Below are positions 62,810-64,000 of a DNA stretch of 64,000 bases, piece by piece. The stretch's first letter is position 1. Each line of letters opens with the position of its first letter. The position numbers were made by a program, and so were the translations under genes. The DNA lies in contig CAWFNJ010000002.1 of assembly GCA_963817195.1 (NCBI GenBank), positions 1,511 through 65,510 of the forward strand, given 5' to 3'. This DNA is from an uncultured Gammaproteobacteria bacterium (GTDB lineage Bacteria > Pseudomonadota > Gammaproteobacteria > Steroidobacterales > Steroidobacteraceae). The notes below the pieces were generated by a model. The model saw nothing but the letters and a program-made list of their open reading frames with translations, searched no databases and was not told the DNA's origin.

Positions 62810-63747
62810 ATGGGGGCAGGAGTCCTCGAAGCAACGCACGCCCACAGATCCCTAACGTCGAGGCGATCCGAATTGACCGACGAGGCGCTCCCCAAGCTGC
62901 ACTTCATCTCCGGCCTGCCGCGCTCGGGCTCGACCCTGCTCGCCGGCATCCTGCGGCAGAACCCGCAGCTTCCATGCCGCGATGAGCGGGCCGATCGCCG
63001 GGCTGGTGACGGTGCTGCTCAACGCCATGGGGCCGCAGAACGAGACCGCCGTGTTCCTCGACGAGGAGCGCAAGGCCGAGCTCCTGCGGGCGATCATCCA
63101 GGCCTACTACCGGCCGCAGGCGCGGCAAGGCGGTGGTGTTCGACACCAACCGCGCCTGGTGCGCGCGGCTGCCGCTGCTGGTGACGCTGTTCCCCGAGGC
63201 GCGGGTGATCTGCTGCGTGCGCGACGTCGCCTGGGTCCTGGACAGCTTCGAGCGGCTGGTGCGCAAGAACCCCCTCTCGCCGACCAAGCTGTTCGCCACG
63301 CCGGAGGAGCGGCAGACGGTCTACAGCCGGGTCGAGGCGCTGGCGCATCGCGACCGGGTGGTGGGCTTCGCCTGGTCGGCGCTCAAGGAGGCCTATTACG
63401 GCGAGCATTCGCGCTCGCTGCTGCTGGTCGAGTACGACATCCTGTGCCAGCGCCCGCGCGAGACCCTGAAGCTGGTCTACGACTTCCTGGGCGAGCCCTG
63501 GTTCGACCACGATTTCGACCAGGTCGAGTATGACGAGCCGGAGTTCGACGCCCAGCTGGGTGCGCCCGGCCTGCACAGCGTCAAGAGCAAGGTCGAGTTC
63601 ACGCCGCGCCGCACCATCCTGCCGCCGGACCTGTTCGAGAAGTACGCGACCCTCGCCTTCTGGCGCGACCCCAAGGGCTCGGCCGCCTGGCGGATCACCG
63701 CCCAGCCCGACGCGCCCAAGCCGGCTGCAGCGGCCAAGCCGAACTGA
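62810..63747 (+). CDS. sulfotransferase-family protein (second one in the window), frameshifted
   Basis: ORF 62648.. has 'LPKLHFISGLPRSGSTLLAGILRQNP' (5'-PSB loop). ORF 63133..63747 has 'VVFDTNRAWCARLPLLVTLFPEARVICCVRDVAWVLDSFERL' and 'YDEPEFDAQLGAPGLHSVKSKV'. Confidence 0.65.
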
Positions 63748-64000
63748 TGGCGCTGGAGATCCGGCCCTACCGGCCCGAGGACCGTGACGAGCTCCTCGAC
63801 GTCTGGGAGGCGGCCAATCGCGTCGGCCACCCGTTCTTCGACGAGGCCGAGCTCCTGGCCCGGCGCCGCCGGCTGATCGAGGTCCATCTGCCGGCGTCGG
63901 AGAGCTGGGTCGCGTGGGACGAGGGTCGGATCGTCGGCGGCATCGGCCTGGACGGCGCCTTCGTCGGCGGCCTGTTCGTCGACCCGGCGCATCACCGCCG
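63747..64000 (+). CDS. GNAT-family acetyltransferase, 5' part only (runs off the window)
   Basis: Its ATG overlaps the sulfotransferase stop (TGATG at 63745-63749). Manual translation gives 'MALEIRPYRPEDRDELLDVWEAANRVGHPFF..IVGGIGLDGAFVGGLFVDPAHHR'. Confidence 0.55.
   Translation, partial: MALEIRPYRPEDRDELLDVWEAANRVGHPFFDEAELLARRRRLIEVHLPASESWVAWDEGRIVGGIGLDGAFVGGLFVDPAHHR

Noticed and set aside
1-64000. Genuine genome-wide pseudogenisation (reductive evolution of a symbiont) as the cause of the frameshifts.
   Set aside because: The GC content is very high. There is no IS expansion. Codon structure and conservation remain intact between shifts. Essential single-copy genes are hit, and compensating shifts lie tens of bp apart. 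Sequencing or assembly indels are the more economical explanation, though only reads can settle it.

Overview
High-GC (about 65-72%) proteobacterial DNA, coding on both strands almost end to end. I found no rRNA, tRNA, CRISPR array, transposase or integrase.

Two technical facts shape everything else:
1. Most genes longer than ~600 bp are split over 2-10 reading frames, roughly one indel per 250-700 bp. This includes essential genes (ubiA, hemC, hemD, parC). Recognisable protein sequence continues in another frame each time. The coordinates below therefore describe reconstructed genes, not intact ORFs.
2. At ~39865 a 3'-truncated epimerase gene runs without a spacer into the middle of parC. 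The window is therefore two unrelated pieces (1-39865 and 39867-64000) joined by assembly or concatenation.

Piece 1 contains, in order:
- ubiA, an SDR, a ferredoxin reductase and hemY-hemX
- an H3TH membrane protein, an EamA transporter and an exported protein
- a ~25-kb lipid locus (8152-33427)
- an S9 peptidase, a HIT protein, a 2-hydroxyacid dehydrogenase, hemD-hemC and a DenD-like epimerase

The lipid locus is the most interesting content. It holds:
- a complete bacterial ceramide-synthesis core: acyl-AMP ligase, epimerase-type reductase, ACP and serine palmitoyltransferase, followed by an MsbA-like ABC exporter, with a divergent GNAT-type acyltransferase
- tailoring genes: a PAPS-type sulfotransferase and an FA2H/Scs7-like fatty-acid 2-hydroxylase
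- two nucleotidyltransferases
- an interposed MdtABC/MuxABC-OpmB-type RND pump
- a metallophosphoesterase
- a translationally coupled triad: a CDP-alcohol phosphatidyltransferase, a ceramide/DAG-kinase-fold lipid kinase and a Tam41-like nucleotidyltransferase. This looks like a head-group pathway for an anionic sphingolipid.

Piece 2 (alphaproteobacterial flavour) contains:
- a parC 3' fragment, a Wzx-like flippase and an iron-containing ADH
- a cNMP/CBS/DUF294 nucleotidyltransferase with a DnaQ-like exonuclease
- DUF1345, an agmatinase-family enzyme, small secreted proteins, a PAT-like GNAT and phaC
- an ECF sigma/anti-sigma pair
- a DUF4340/GldG/ABC-2 operon
- a hydroxyproline-dehydratase-type proline racemase homolog
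- a proline-rich mini-ORF and a CSLREA/beta-helix/RTX protein
- a second sulfotransferase and a partial GNAT

All functional calls rest on motifs read from translations and on remembered family features. No database search was run.
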